Below, piece by piece: positions 20,240 to 37,844 of a DNA stretch of 64,000 bases (its first letter is position 1; every line of letters begins with the position of its first letter). The notes beneath the pieces were generated by a model. That model was not told the DNA's origin. It did no database searches and saw only the letters and a list, made by a program, of their open reading frames with translations. Source of the stretch: Octopus vulgaris (lineage: Eukaryota); the NCBI GenBank assembly GCA_951406725.2, contig OX597828.1, forward strand, positions 43,648,001 to 43,712,000, in the 5' to 3' direction. A program made the translations under genes and the position numbers.

Positions 20240-20400
20240 TGGTGTCCTTCTACAAATGCTCGCTCAGAGAAGGTTCGTTCAGCCTGACTATTTTGTGCCA
20301 CTGTCAACAATCATTTCTCAAATTCACTGGGAGAAATCTGTTTACTCTCTACCCTCACTTCCCCTTCCAAGTGGAACTTAAAAAGTAGATGTGGACTTGA
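20240..20400 (-). pseudogene. L1/Tx1-like LINE ORF2 C-terminal remnant
   Basis: ccctcacttccccttccaagtggaacttaaaaag matches 39421-39455 (FKFHL..K.RV.. motif). Confidence 0.55.
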
Positions 20401-20929
20401 CGGAAGACGACGTCGTTTTAATCCTGTCAATCTCGTTCACTGGACAAACCCATTCGCCATGCCATCAGACAGAGGCATACCTCCTGCCTGGAAGTGTTAA
20501 ATGTGGGGAAATCGATCCTCAAGAGGAACTTGGCCAATAATGAAATTCCACGTAGACACGACAATTGCTATTCGACATAACAGCATAAAGCTCAGATAAT
20601 ACACGAGTGTGTATAACAGGGTAGCGGAGGGCCGGAAGTTTGCGAGAAGTCAATCGATTGTATTAGTCCCGTTTCACCGAAAGAATGAAAGGTAAGTTGA
20701 AATTTATGGTAATTGGTCTTAAAACCTGGAAGAATATGCCTAAATTTTGTATGGTAATTTCTTCGGCGCTCTCTTGAATATACCATTCCAAATGATGGTA
20801 AAATCGAGAATATCAACGTTTCGTATTCGAGCAGAGAAAGTTTTCGCTAGAAGACCGAAGCAGAGACAAACCTTAAATGGAGAAAGAAGAAATTAATAGG
20901 AATCTACGAATACCTTTTACATTTTACTA

Positions 20930-21295
20930 TTATCTTGTTTCAGTCATTGGATTGTGGACATGGTGCGGTACTACCTCGTCGTATTCCAGTACTTATTTTG
21001 TATATCTAGTTATTATTCTATCGATTTCTTTTACAAAACTGCAAAAATACCGGGACGCGAACAAAACAACACCGGTTGTGAAGCGGTGAAGAATTTGACA
21101 AACACAAATACAAATACACACATGATTATATATATGTATATGTGATTGCTCTCACACAGTTTCCGTCCAAGAAATCTAATCCTAAGTCCATGGTCAGCTT
21201 AGGTGTATAGTAGAAGATACTTGAAGAAGGTGCCACGCAGTACGAACGAACTCGAAGCCATGTGTTTGCACAGCGAGATTTTTAACCATAGAACT
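20930..21295 (-). mobile_element. Old degenerate SINE family A
   Basis: tgtttcagtcatt...cagtttccgtc...atagtagaagatactt...gtgccacgcagt. Confidence 0.7.
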
Positions 21296-22095
21296 GTGAA
21301 AATATAATATTATACACACACTCTAACAATGATAGTATACTATAATATAGAAATCAAGGAAGATCAAAATAATCCGAATGCTCTTCAACATCGTGGTAAA
21401 CGTTATCTCTATGGTTCTTTTGTTGAGTTTTGAGTCATTCAGTTGAGACAATCTCACAGATTTCACCCACATTTCATAATGTTATTCAAGTCGAGACTTT
21501 TGACATAACCCCCATCTTCCGGCTCATATACTGGCAAATGCCTATGAGAACTAGGTTCGAAATGAAACGAAATTGACCCCTGAACTCTGCAACTAATCCA
21601 TCAGGCGACAGCATATTTTTTTCCTCCATTGGTGACACCTAACACAATAAATGCGCAAAGCCAATCTTTTGCAAATCTAGATTACCACATTAAAATAGAA
21701 AGGAGACATATGCTTCCATGATAGCAATTCTGGATACATTATAACTTTATCAATGAAGAGACAACATATCTTCTTTGATCGCGAAGTCTGTTCAATGAGG
21801 GTTGATCAAAACAACGGAAACAGCATCAATAATATCAGTTAATTTTAATAAGAATGAAATAAATAATAAGTAATATGAACATTTGCATAATGTCATTTGG
21901 ATTTTGAGGAAGCCATTGTGGATTCCATCGACACAAGTACTAAATCCAGATTTGTTTCACCGGGCACTCACTAGGTGAAATGAAAAAATAGCAGTAGGTG
22001 AAGTTCGGACTCGGAGATTAACTAGATATATTGAAGATGATGACTATAGTAACAACAACAACAACAACAACAACAATAATAGTAATAATAATAAT

Positions 22096-22272
22096 GCTTT
22101 CTACTATAGGCACAAGGTAGGTCTGAAATGTTAGGGGTGGGGGAGAGACGATTTTATCGACCCCAGTATGCAATTGGTTCTTAATTTATCGACCTCGAAA
22201 GGATGAAGGGCAAAGTCGACCTCGACGGAATTTGAACTCAGAATGTAGCGACGGGCGAGCTACCGCTAAGCA
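22096..22272 (-). mobile_element. SINE family B
   Basis: tttctactataggcacaagg...cgaaaggatgaagggcaaagtcgacctcgacggaatttgaactcagaat. Confidence 0.8.
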
Positions 22273-22274
22273 CT

Positions 22275-22445
22275 AAACTACCAACATGGCTGAAAAAGAT
22301 CAGTGCCACTATGAAAGTAGAACTCTAACAAAAATCAGCATTGCTAGGAACTGCAAGAATTCTTCCCAGAGTTCTTGATGCATGACCAGAAAACAGGTGC
22401 CACCTTAGTCTGCTGGCTGTGGACAGCTGACACATCCCATCATAC
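22275..22445 (+). pseudogene. R4/Dong-like LINE extreme C-terminus and 3' UTR remnant
   Basis: Translates as KLPTWLKKISATMKVEL*QKSALLGTARILPRVLDA*. Confidence 0.65.
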
Positions 22446-23058
22446 CTCACCACCTAACTTTTCATATATTTATATAGTTAAATGAAGAATAGTATTAACA
22501 ATTCAATTTGTCCATCAAAGATCACATTTTCCTCATGTTTTATATATTTAGAAGTTGTCACACTTAACTCTGTAATTGGGTATACAGACAAAAATTAGCG
22601 AATTCTTGTATATATTTCAATTAACAATTATTAAGCCAATTTCTTTATAGAATCGGGTTTGAATAATTTTCTCCCATCATAATGGATTTGTCTTACTCTG
22701 AAATATGATTTCTCTGTTTTTATACTACTAAAACTTCTTTAAAAACAGCGACCAATTCATTTAGGTGTCCTTTACAAATATACTGAAAATATAAAAAATA
22801 CCACGGGGACATTCTAAGAATTCCGAGCATTAATACTTTGTAAAGATTTTGAAAATATATCTAATCCTAATGACTAAAGTTTCCATATATTTACAAACAT
22901 TTTTGCTTGTATATTGTTACGGCTACTTCTTTTTTAATTAGTCGTTCGAATAAACGGTAACGTGAAATTCGTGCTTAAGATTCGACACGTTTCAGCTCCT
23001 AATGCATAAAAATATACATAAATACGTACAAACTGAGTTCATCATTCACATACATACA

Positions 23059-23089
<31 letters not shown>

Positions 23090-23379
23090 ACTTCGCTATG
23101 CATGTGTAAATACGAGAGTCGGTGGAAGTGTGAAAGAGGAAATATTACATTAATTGTATAGGAATCTTTGTTATAAATATATTTACAAGTGAAGTATGTA
23201 CACACATATAGTGCATGTCTTTAGAGTCATGCACATAGATGTATGCATGAGGTCATATATGTATATCCGTACATTTTTTTTCTCCGAAGAGAGTACTCTT
23301 AAAAGCATCAAGGTGTAATTTCTGTGCAGTAAAATAATTAAAGCGCGTGCAAGAAAGCTGTTTCGAAAATAAGCTAAAA

Positions 23380-26670
<3,291 letters not shown>

Positions 26671-27092
26671 AGAGAGAGAGAAAGAAAGAAAGACAGAGAT
26701 AGAGACAGAGACAGAGAAAACAGAGATAGAGAGAGACAGAGGCATACTTACACACATACATATACGCAGTCACACACACACACGTATATATTCATGCATA
26801 CATACATATGCATGTAGGTGCATATTTACTCCTTTCGTGGTAGCGAATTTTTTGTCTTTGTGGTATTTTCCCAATATTTACTTTCCCCTTTCATAGTTTA
26901 TTTAAATCACACCCGTCTTATTTTCACTATGATTATGTCCCTCCATTTTCTTCTTCCTCTTTCGTTCGTATGTTATTATTATTGTTGTTATCATTATTAT
27001 TATTTTACTATTTACTATTATTATTATTATTATTATTTTTACTATGGTTATTATTAAATTTATTATCATTATTATTATTGTTGTTGTTGTTG

Positions 27093-27136
<44 letters not shown>

Positions 27137-28453
27137 TCTTTAGTTTTTATTCGATATTTTTATCACTAACTCATCCCTCGTCCATTCGCATAATTTGCTC
27201 TTTCTTTTTGCCAGCGTTATTGTAGTTATTCTTCGTGTTGTTATTATTTGTTTTGTTACAACTTATTTTATTTATCATCATTATTATTACTATTATTACT
27301 ATCGTTATTATTAATATTATTATCATCGTCAGTTTAGTTGATGTTGTTCTTGTTGTTGTATTTGCTGTATATTTTTTTCTTTTTCTTTTGTCTTTCTTTT
27401 TTAGATATTGCTTTTTCGTTTTCTCACTTTCCTTTCCTCTTCATTCGACATAAAAATCTCTAGAATGGCTTTGATGCGAAACAAAATGGCCTCGCACAGA
27501 CGCTTTGTTCCAAAGTAACATTGATCGAATGCATAGTTTTATTGTGCTGGTAACACCAACATCTCTAATACGCCTTTGTCAGTGATTTTTCCCCACTATT
27601 TTTTTTCAACCGACGCCATTTTTCAAACTGAAAGACCATGAAAAAATATAAAGAGAAAAACAACGATCACACAAAAATATATTCAGACACATACATGAAT
27701 ATGTTCACATACACACAAACAGAATACCAAATTCTTACAACAACAAAAAAATATTATGCAAACACACAAATATTATATTTGTATGTGTTTGAAAAGACCA
27801 AACAGAAGCATATTAGCAGATTTTGTTCTGCGTTTGATTCCGAGTGATTTTGAAGACCACAAGCGCCATCTATATTGTAAAGTCTCGAAATAAGCAATAC
27901 GATTAAGGAGGGATTCCTTTGAAGATATGGACAAAAACAAACAATCAAATACGCATACGAATGCACAGAAACATAGTCATACACAGACACACATAGGAGC
28001 ACAAACACATATACACGAATGCGTACACACACACATATGTATATATATTTATGTGCATATATATATGGATATACATATATGTATATATACATCTATGCAT
28101 GCATATATGTATACATGTGTTTATGGGTATTTCTTCTTGAATATATGTATATAATATAAACCTTATCCATACAAATAAGAAATCATATGTACTATAATAT
28201 TTATCTGCTGCTGTACAAACTGTGGCTGAGGCGAAAAGACGCAAACACACACTCAAACACTTATATACATGCTTCTTTATATGCATGTGGGTGTGTGCAT
28301 GTAAATGCGTAGTAAGCATTTATGCAGGTAGGTAAGTTGGTAGGTAGGTAGGTATTAATGTAGACAGTCATATGTGTATATGTATAAATCTCTCTCTTAC
28401 CCCTCTCTTTCTCTCTCTCTCTCTCTAGATATATATATATAGAGAGAGAAAGT

Positions 28454-28525
<72 letters not shown>

Positions 28526-29300
28526 GCGATAGACATATAGATATACACGTAAATGTATACATGTATACATATATCAATATGTTATTATATATGTATATAT
28601 ATGCATATATATATATAAATATATGTACATATATAAATATATATATATATGTGTGTGTGTGCGTATGTGTTTCATGTTGAGTTATAATAAAAACAACTTT
28701 ATATTAATCTTATGGGTTGCTCCACACTCATGCACACAAAAATTCATTTTTCTTAAACAAGAATAATATAGAAAGTGAATTCGACGTTTCGGCCAGATGA
28801 GCTATCAGCATCCATAAGTGTGTAATTGATTAAGGTTCGCGACAGCTGATTCCGACGGTTTTTTTATTGATGAAGAAATATCAAGAAATAGAATGTGTGC
28901 TGACCGTCTCATTTGGCGACAAAAGAGTGATGCTAACATGAGAAGGTCAATATATTGCAAGTCTTTATATTTTTTCTGCTTTATATTTTAAATTTAAACC
29001 GTTAAATCAATGGGAGAAATCATTTTCTTTTTGTATGATGTATTTCGTTTATGCATCGATAAAAAAACGCTTCTGAAACAGCTGTAGTGAATCGTAACCC
29101 ATATGTTTTTAAGAGAACACAACAACTAAAACTTTCCTTACGATAGATTTGGAAACTGCATGCTGTCATGCATTTGTATATAATTTCATATACATGTATT
29201 TTTATAGAGATGTGTAGATTGATTTGTTCATTCACATGTATATATATGTACATACCTACACATATATGTATATGTATATATATATATATATGTATATACA

Positions 29301-29368
<68 letters not shown>

Positions 29369-29997
29369 ATATGAAACGTTGCTAACATCGAACATGATAC
29401 TTGAGCTCTGGAAATCAAATCTGATATGACTGTTAAGTGCTCTCTGGTTATACTATTCTCCATTTCCGCGATGCAAAAATCTTTTCTATTTAAGTCTTGC
29501 TACAACGGCTATCTGAAGGAAAATATACATTTCTACAAATGGAAATATGTGGTTTGTGGCTTTTTTTTTTTCGAATTCAATAAGATACATATTGTTGTGT
29601 GTAACTTATCAAAAGAAGAATTACGTCGTTGAATTGTTAACTCTGTAAAATATGTGATTATGAGAGTTAGGTATTTTTACAATTTCTTTTCGTGCAAAAT
29701 ACCAACAAGATTAGCGTTGTTTTTCCTACTAATTACCCGGAATGATAAGTAACACCGAAGGACAAGTATAGATGGCAGTGTTTTAGATACTCGGCGCCTT
29801 TTATAAATATGCTTGTGCAAATATCATAATAACAGGAATCTATCAGTAACTCTTTTCGTTGTGTGTTTAAATTGATATATATCTCCCGCTAGATGGAGTA
29901 CTTTGTTATTGATTCTATCTCTACTGCATCTTTAAACTATATACATACATGCATACATATAAATACATATACATATACATACATACATATATATATA

Positions 29998-31812
29998 CAA
30001 GCCTACCTCGGCTTAAGTTGTTTCGATTTAAGGCGTTTTCGTTTATATGTGGGTTTTCAAATATAATATATGGAAAAATAAAAATCAAGTTACGCCGTTT
30101 TACTCGACTTCACGTAAGTCCGCAACAGATATCGGAATTGTAAAATCAATAGAAAACCGTGAAAAGCACATAAAATCATGATACAATAAATAAGAATACT
30201 ACCTTATTAAATAATACCTTAGTAAAATAATATAATACCTTATTAAATACCTTATTAAAATACCTTATTAAAATATGTACATATATATGTTAAGATACAC
30301 ACCATAAAGTTGTGTAGGTTTGTGAACGAAATCATGAGATCAGCTGCGTTGTCTTATTTGTCAGGCTCTCGGAGCTAATATTGCACTGTAGTTCCAATAT
30401 CTAGCATTAGGAGTCGTTGTCGCTCGTGATTCTCGCGGCTGTTTTGAACTCAGATTTGTTTACGTCTGTTTATCGGCTACTTTCTTATTCTCATTCATTT
30501 GTGACTGTATTTTTTGCTCTCATGGATCCTAAAACAATTCATAGTGAAAGTGCTAAGCTTCATGCTATAACTCTGGAAGATAAACTGTCTATGATAAACG
30601 CCATGAAAAAGGTGAAAAACTGGTAGCAATTGCGTGATCTTTTGGGATGTGTCGGACAATTCTATCGACGATTTTACATAATAAGGATAAGATATCAAAT
30701 CTGAAGCCCCATGGATGAAAAACACTGTCATAAATAAGAAACGAGTGAAAATATTTCAAGAAATGGAACAACTTCATTCTCTTTGGATTGCTAGGTTTAA
30801 TCGTCAGCGTGCTACTATTAGTCAAGAAATCATTCAAGAGAAAGCGTTGTCGTTGTTTGAGGATCCGAAGAAAAAAATATCCAGATGAGAAATATTTAGA
30901 GTTCAAGACAAGTCAAGGATGGTTCATGAGATTTATGGAACGAAGAAGTTATCACTTCATTAAGATGAAATGTGAAAGTGCACCAGCAGCGGAATTTCCT
31001 ATTTTAATTTAATTTTTTTATACTATTGCAAAATAATAATCTTTATATATAAAAGATAGGTTGTGTGGTGTCTGTCTCCTACGATTTAGATTCCTAACTA
31101 CTCCCACATTTTGTGGTGCAGTTTAACCAAAACCGGGTATCTTATAGTCGTGATTCATATCGAGCCCTTCTGGGTATTAGCGCGCGTCTACGATTAGTCT
31201 ACGATTTAAAAAAAAATTTACCATCAATTTTTCCCATTTTAATGCATTTTTGGCATATATAAGGGAAGTAACTCTCTAAAAATGTATTATTAAATCTCAG
31301 AACGTAAAAAGCTACAGTAACCCCCCCCCCACTTTGTGGTTAGCCATGTTGAGATGGCTATTATACTTTACATCTTTAAAAATGCTTATATAGTTATTTC
31401 CCTTACAAACCCGAGCAACGCCGGGCGATACTGCTAGTAATTACTGAATTAGTTTTTTAAACTTTAAAATGGCATTTATGTTATCATATCTTATTGCAAA
31501 CTGCATTCATAATAAAGCGTCCGCGATGCACGGTAAATACCGCCAAATTGCATTCGTAAACTTTAGATTACATTTTTTCTACTGTACTGTATTAAAAGAT
31601 TTTTTTAAATATTTGTTTGTAAGATTACAGTAGGTTTTTATTAACCATGTATTATTGAAAATGCATTCATAAATAAAGTACAGAACTGAGAATGGTTATT
31701 ATAGGTTTAGCCTAGAGACAAGTAAATTTGGCCGAGCTTAGATTACAGACAAGTTAATTCGGCTTAAGTCGTGCCTTCTGGAACAGATTAACGACGTAAA
31801 GTGAGTTATGCC

Positions 31813-31814
<2 letters not shown>
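29998..31814 (+). mobile_element. pogo/Tigger-like DNA transposon, internally deleted and degenerate
   Basis: TA-CAAGCCTACCTCG at the left end and ...GTGAGTTATGCCTG-TA at the right (Tigger1-type CAGGCATACCTC TIR). 30523-31000 gives frameshifted CENP-B/HTH-like peptides ITLEDKLSMI and EFKTSQGWFMRFMERR...IKMKCESA. Confidence 0.78.
31040..31437 (+). mobile_element. Non-autonomous Helitron nested in the Tigger element
   Basis: Starts a|TCtttatatataaaag and ends with hairpin cccgagcaacgccggg then ctgCTAG|t; inserted at A|T with no TSD. Confidence 0.8.
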
Positions 31815-31853
<39 letters not shown>

Positions 31854-31869
31854 ATATATATATATATCC

Positions 31870-32720
31870 ATGCCAGAAGAGTGCTGTAGGATACGAAAAC
31901 ATTCGATACAACTTGTATGTAGAAAGGAAGGCCATTTTATGTCTCCAAAGACATAAGAAGGTCGTTTGATCCGGACGAAAAGTTGCTTAATAAGGTTAAT
32001 AATTATCAGGTGCATGGCATGCTTTGCTTCTTCTGTTTGTCCAAAGCCAAAAGGCTAAGAGCGGAACCAACAGATGGCTATATGCAGATAATTCTGTTGG
32101 CCCAGAGTGATGAAGTCCGAGCTTCTAGCCAGTGTGTTGTTTTTAGGAGTGTGTCAGTACGAAATTTACGGCATCCCACCGCACATATTTCGACAGGGCC
32201 TTAGAATTTATGTTGCTGGGCATGTTGAATTATTGTAGAGAATTATAAAGAATTAGATGGGTGAAGTACGTAGTGTAAATCCTTGAGTGTTCATTCAACA
32301 AAAAGCATCACATAAAGTTGACGTTGACACCACTGGATGTCAAACATAAAGTTGACGTGACACCACTGGATGTCAAACATAAAGTTGACGTGACACCACT
32401 GGATGTCAAACATAAAGTTGACGTGACACCACTGGATGTCAAACATAAAGTTGACGTGACACCACTGGATGTCAAACATAAAGTTGACGTGACACCACTG
32501 GATGTCAAACATAAAGTTGACGTGACACCACTGGATGTCAAAAATAAAGTTGACGTGACACTGCACTGGATGTCAAACAGTCTTTAAGATCATGTAACCT
32601 TCAAACTCGCCAGAATTTAAATACTATGGAAGACAACATTTCGAAAGATGTTGCAAAGGAAACTAATCTACATCCCCACGATTTCATTGTTTCACTGAAG
32701 GCAGGTATTCTCCGGGGAAT
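31870..32720 (+). pseudogene. Degenerate Tc1/mariner-superfamily (DD37D/maT-like) transposase interrupted by a minisatellite
   Basis: Frameshifted pieces YENIRY..RKEGHFMS..RLIR..LLNKV..MLCFF..NRWLYAD..RVMK..VLFLGV, and after the array PSNSP.LNTM...VAKETNLHPH..SLKA (WPPNSPDLNP motif). Confidence 0.65.
32311..32578. repeat. 33-bp minisatellite, ~8 copies (CATAAAGTTGACGTGACACCACTGGATGTCAAA)
   Basis: Contiguous near-identical units with no spacers. Confidence 0.95.
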
Positions 32721-32986
32721 TGACCGAAACGTATAAATACCATTTAGTGCAGCCATATCAATGATTGTGGCCCCTGGTTTATTTGAAATCCCAAATATAT
32801 TCTCAAATAACTTTCGCATCGTGAATATGCACATATACACACACCATATATATATATATATACATACATAGAGAGGTAGAGGCAGAGAGACAGAAGAATA
32901 GAAGTGGGGTGAGAAAAAATGACAGGGACACTGTGAAGTGAAAAGAGGAGAGAAAGCGAGCATGACCGAATTCCAGAAGGAATTAT

Positions 32987-33330
32987 CTTGAGAATGTATA
33001 TATTTGTTGTAATCTTTTGTGCCCAATATTTCAATGAATTTGTTAAACATTTTTATGTTCTTAACATGGTCTTGTCGCCAAACAATGTATATATATATAT
33101 ATATATATTGTAGTACTCTGTGTCAACCAATATTCTGTGCGTGTTTGAATATACAGATACAATACCAATATCCCACTGAACTTTTTAATAATTCCTTCTG
33201 GAAACTATCTTTAACATCTTCTTGAGAATGTATATTTATGTTGTAATATTTTGCGCCCAATATTTTAAGGAACTTGTTAAACTTTTTTATGTCCTTAACA
33301 TGTCCTTGTTACCAAAGACTGTATATATAT
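32987..33330. repeat. Diverged ~110-bp direct duplication
   Basis: cttgagaatgtata...gcccaatatt...tgttaaac...ttaacatg..cttg at 32987 and again at 33221. Confidence 0.7.
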
Positions 33331-35050
33331 AATGTAGCATTTTGTAACAACCAATAATTAACTCAACCAAACTTCTACATGTTAAATTTGACAATATTTT
33401 TCCAAAGAGTGAAACCGGTAAAGTAAATAAACATCTTTTAAAATTGCATTTTCAAACCTTCTTCCGTATATAATTCACTCGTGCGGTACCCTACAACTCC
33501 ACTTTGTTATATATATACATATACACACACAAGTTTTCTTTGTATCGTCTACCTGTTTGTTTTTACCCTGTTTTGTATCACCTAACTGTCTGGATGTTGT
33601 GCGTTATTGCCCCATCTTGTATTCTATTCTATATATATATAGATAGATAGATGAATAAATACACACGTACATATACATACATATATACATGCATATATAT
33701 ATATATATACGCACATTAGTTTTAAAAGAAAAGTTTCAATAAGCTGCCAACTGTTTCATGCGAATGCGTTTGCAATTAATCGTTGTTTGAATGATGATGA
33801 CGCGTGTAAGATTTATCTTAGAAAACACAACAATAACTGATTTAAGGAGATCATAAATGATACAAAACAAAGTGAATGTATATGTAAGCGAAAGAAAGTA
33901 ATCAATCAGGGACAGAGTGATATTAACTGCTTTCCTTGTTTAACATATTGTCGAAAAAATCGATGATGAGGAATACACTTGAATTGTTATGTAGGCCTCA
34001 GGATCGATGATCAATTATTGATAATCTAATTAAATACATAATTATATGTGATTAATATATCATTCCAATGTCTGTACATAAATATATGTTCGTATTATTC
34101 AGTTGTGAATCAAATGATCATTGAAGGGAATATAAAATGGTGATTATACAACATTGTGCAGCGGGATTGAAACATGAATTTTAGATTATATGTGCACGCA
34201 TGGAAAAAGGTATTAATTCGGTTTTTAGCAAAAGTGCACCAATTTATGGATCGATTATTTACAGACAATTGTTTTTAGAGTCTATACAAATTAATGAGAT
34301 ATCGTTGCCCTATGCTGGTGCAATTGCGAAATGAAGCCTTATGTTGTGAGAAACTTACGCAAAGATTTGCTGCTGTGTGGCGAAGGACCATTAGCACTTG
34401 TGTAAACACCAAATACAACCACATATTTCAACTATACAGGAATTTGTATAAGTCCTGGTGTTTAATTTTGAGTTACTTAGGGTAGCTATAGTTTGCGCTA
34501 AATTGGGTGTGGTGGAGTAAAATAACTTTACATTATGTCTATTAAAGATATTGTGGCATCTGTGTGTGAGAGGAAAAAGTTTTTGTCTAGTGCTCTAAAG
34601 AAAATGTCGGGTATGTCTAAGCAATGTTCGATGCAAAAGGAGGATTACACCACGTTATATTCTTCTTGCGTACCCAGTTAGTTCGTATCTAACAACACTT
34701 TGTTTACTGGTAACGGGTTCTTTCTAAAATTTAGAGAATTGCTCAACGATATTATCGTTATGGTCTAATTTCTTAGAAATTGCGTTTTTGGAGTGAAATA
34801 TACATAATCTATTTCTGTGCGGACGTAAAGTCGTGCTACCAAGTCTGTAATCTAGCCTGTTTAACTAAGAGTAATACGATGTTGGGAGGTGATGGAGAGT
34901 GGGAACCAGTGTATCTGGTGCTGTTATGTATGCGATATTATCTCTGTACCAAGCTCTGGTCAATTCTTCATTGTAGTATTGAGTGTTCTGTGATAAAAAC
35001 ATACGCACATGACAATATATATATATACATATACATACATGCATATATAC

Positions 35051-35105
<55 letters not shown>

Positions 35106-35110
35106 TATAT

Positions 35111-35169
<59 letters not shown>

Positions 35170-35203
35170 CTTATATACATATAAATATACACACACATAT
35201 ATA

Positions 35204-35248
<45 letters not shown>

Positions 35249-36034
35249 TATTTTATTATATCGATGAAGCAAAGCCTTCGACGAGTTTTCGAGGAAAAGA
35301 AGGAATGTGGCTAATAGAGGAGAGATGTTTGCCTAGACGTGCAATTAAATGTTCGTGCGTATATACATATGACCATTTCTCTCTCTCCTCTGTCACTGTC
35401 TTTCTCTGTATATATATGAATTAATATATACATACATTTATATATATATCCATCTATGTATGTACATGTGTGTGTGTACACGTACACACACACATGGACG
35501 TACAATTTTTCTAAACGGAAAAGTACACATATGCTTATAACTACATCCATATGCATGTCCTACCCACCGACGCCAATAAAACGCTTTAAATATCCTGCAT
35601 CTTCATTCTAAAATTTTTATAAATGTATACTTTTGTCCATACATGTATTTCTTGCATTCGATATAAAAATTCGTTTCTTAATATATTTTAATTAAGATTT
35701 TGCAATTGCCCAAAGCTATTTACCCCAAAACTAAAAGCCACACTCCATTTAGAAATTTTTCGTCATCCACTGCATAAGACATTGCCTGGATAAATGTTTT
35801 GTGTTATATCAACACACATTAACACATGCACACAAATACACACACATATATATACATGCATGTATATGTATATTTACACACATATGCATATTGATAGTTA
35901 CATGTACATATGTGCATATATATATATATATAATATATATACAGAAAAAGAGAGATACATACGTATTTATAGATAGATAGATTAATAGATACATACAAAG
36001 GCATACATGCACACATGTATATATGTATATACTG

Positions 36035-36065
<31 letters not shown>

Positions 36066-36312
36066 TATTGTGAATGATATATATACGCATGTGGTGTATG
36101 TAGACATTCCTGTCTGAGTGGATGCATTTCTTAATTACATAGTGGCATATGATCAGTTGGATTAAACATAACCATATATGCAAATGCGTTTCAAATGATA
36201 TACACGATATTGCCCAAACGAAAATATATTGTATTCCAGTTGTATTTTTAAGTACATTCTAACTTTTCATTATTTGCTGAAAACCATATATACTCTATGC
36301 ATATATCAAAAT

Positions 36313-36722
36313 CAGTGACGTGCCACCTGGGTGGACAAGGTAGACAGTGCCTACCCTGAATAAAATAGATCGATAGTAACATTTTCCTTTTATGGCAAAA
36401 TATGCAACTAAGTCAGTAAAATTATGAAGGTTATTCTGATTACTATGCATAAAATACAAAATATTTTATTTTATTTTTTTGTAGATTAGGTAGGCATAAG
36501 TTGCCCCTGTTTTGCAATCTCAGGATTAAAGCTACCCATAGTACTGCTCTAGTACACGTGATGCGTACATTCATACAACATTTTCTTTACGCGCTAAAAA
36601 GGCATAAGTAAATCTGCCTTCAACTCAGTCACGCGTATGTGTTTCGCTTATTTCTTTGTGTGTTTTACTCCATAAACGTCACCAACTGCCTACCCTGAGT
36701 AATTACTGATGGCACGTGCGTG
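36313..36722. mobile_element. hAT-like MITE
   Basis: Ends CAGTGACGTGCCA / TGGCACGTGCGTG, subterminal tgcctaccctga near both ends, imperfect 8-bp flanks atcaaaat / atccaaaa. Confidence 0.55.
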
Positions 36723-36761
36723 ATCCAAAACATAGTTAGCTGTATCATTTGTTTTTGATAT

Positions 36762-37259
36762 TTTACTTGTTTCAGTTTTTTTCACTGCGGCCATGCTGGT
36801 GCACAGCCTTGTAGAACTTTTAGCCGAATGAATCGAGGCCAGTACTTATTTCTTTAATGCCTGCGACGCATTCTGTTGGTTTCACTTGTTACCGGTCTCT
36901 CTCTGTTGCCATCAGCCGAACCGCTAAGATAAGGGGAAGCAGTGACGGAGGACGAACGGAGACACAAAGACAAACACACACACATACACACATACATACA
37001 CACACACACATACACACATACATACATACATACATACATACATACATACATACAAACATACATACATATATGAGTGTGTGTGTGTATATATATATATACA
37101 TATATATATATATACGACGAGTTTCTTTCATTTTCCGTCTACCATATTCGTTCGCAAAGCATTACGCTATAGTTGAAGAAACTTGCCTGCAAGTTCTACG
37201 CATTGAGACGGAACCCAGAACCATTTGTTTGGAGAGCAAGCTTCTTACCACGCAGCCAT
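36762..37259 (-). mobile_element. SINE family A, degenerate
   Basis: ttacttgtttcagt...ctgcggccatgctgg...gccgaaccgctaag...ttccgtctacca...ttaccacgcagcca. Confidence 0.8.
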
Positions 37260-37844
37260 ATATATGTGTACATATGTATTAGTACATATGCATGTATCTA
37301 TTCTCCCGATCTACTTGTTCCAGTGTCTGCCTCCACTTGTTCCCTTCTATCTCAACTTAGTCTTACCCCTCTCTCGCCTGACACCTCCATTATTCCTTCG
37401 ATCCCTCGCTGCACTCATGAAGCAATTCTGCACACCATGAAAAGAGAGATAAGTATGGAAGTGTGCTGAAATAGAATTTTTCCTATGCGCACCTATGATA
37501 TTAATAAATTATCCCTCCAACATCATAGTAAGTGGCCCTGAAACACAACAAATGTAATAGATCCTCGGTGACAGTAAAGCGGAAAAAGAGCGAATCAAAC
37601 CGCTCCTGTGCACTCGTCAGGACACACATGGAAAATTTTCAAGAATGTTGGACTCCAAACGGAACGCCTGTCAAGAGCATTTTCATATAAATTCTCCGAA
37701 GTAAGTGTTTATAATCCTCATGTGGTGCACGTATACTTCGCTCACGAAAGTTAAAGGAATCTCGTACTGAGTCTAATTAATATTAAATGCAAAAATTATC
37801 ATTACCCTCTCTCACGTGCTCACATAGTTTTTCTTTATTATCTT

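Noticed and set aside
21380-21800. Complex sequence with a minus-strand SPDGLV peptide (YqaJ-like nuclease motif)
   Set aside because: No following E.KC motif and many stops; probably an unidentified old repeat.
28778-28812. Possible hammerhead on the minus strand (CTGATAG...ggccGAAAcgTC)
   Set aside because: The core is altered and helices I and II do not pair convincingly.
32311-32578. CRISPR-like 33-bp repeats
   Set aside because: Units are contiguous with no unique spacers, there are no cas genes, and the context is eukaryotic; it is a minisatellite.
32589-32704. Possible host exon (AG...GT bounded, open frame ...LHPHDFIVSLK)
   Set aside because: Better explained as the frameshifted WPPNSPDLNP region of a Tc1/mariner transposase.
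37561-37700. Open frame ending at a gtaagt donor-like site
   Set aside because: Weak acceptor with no pyrimidine tract and no recognisable protein similarity; would need RNA-seq.
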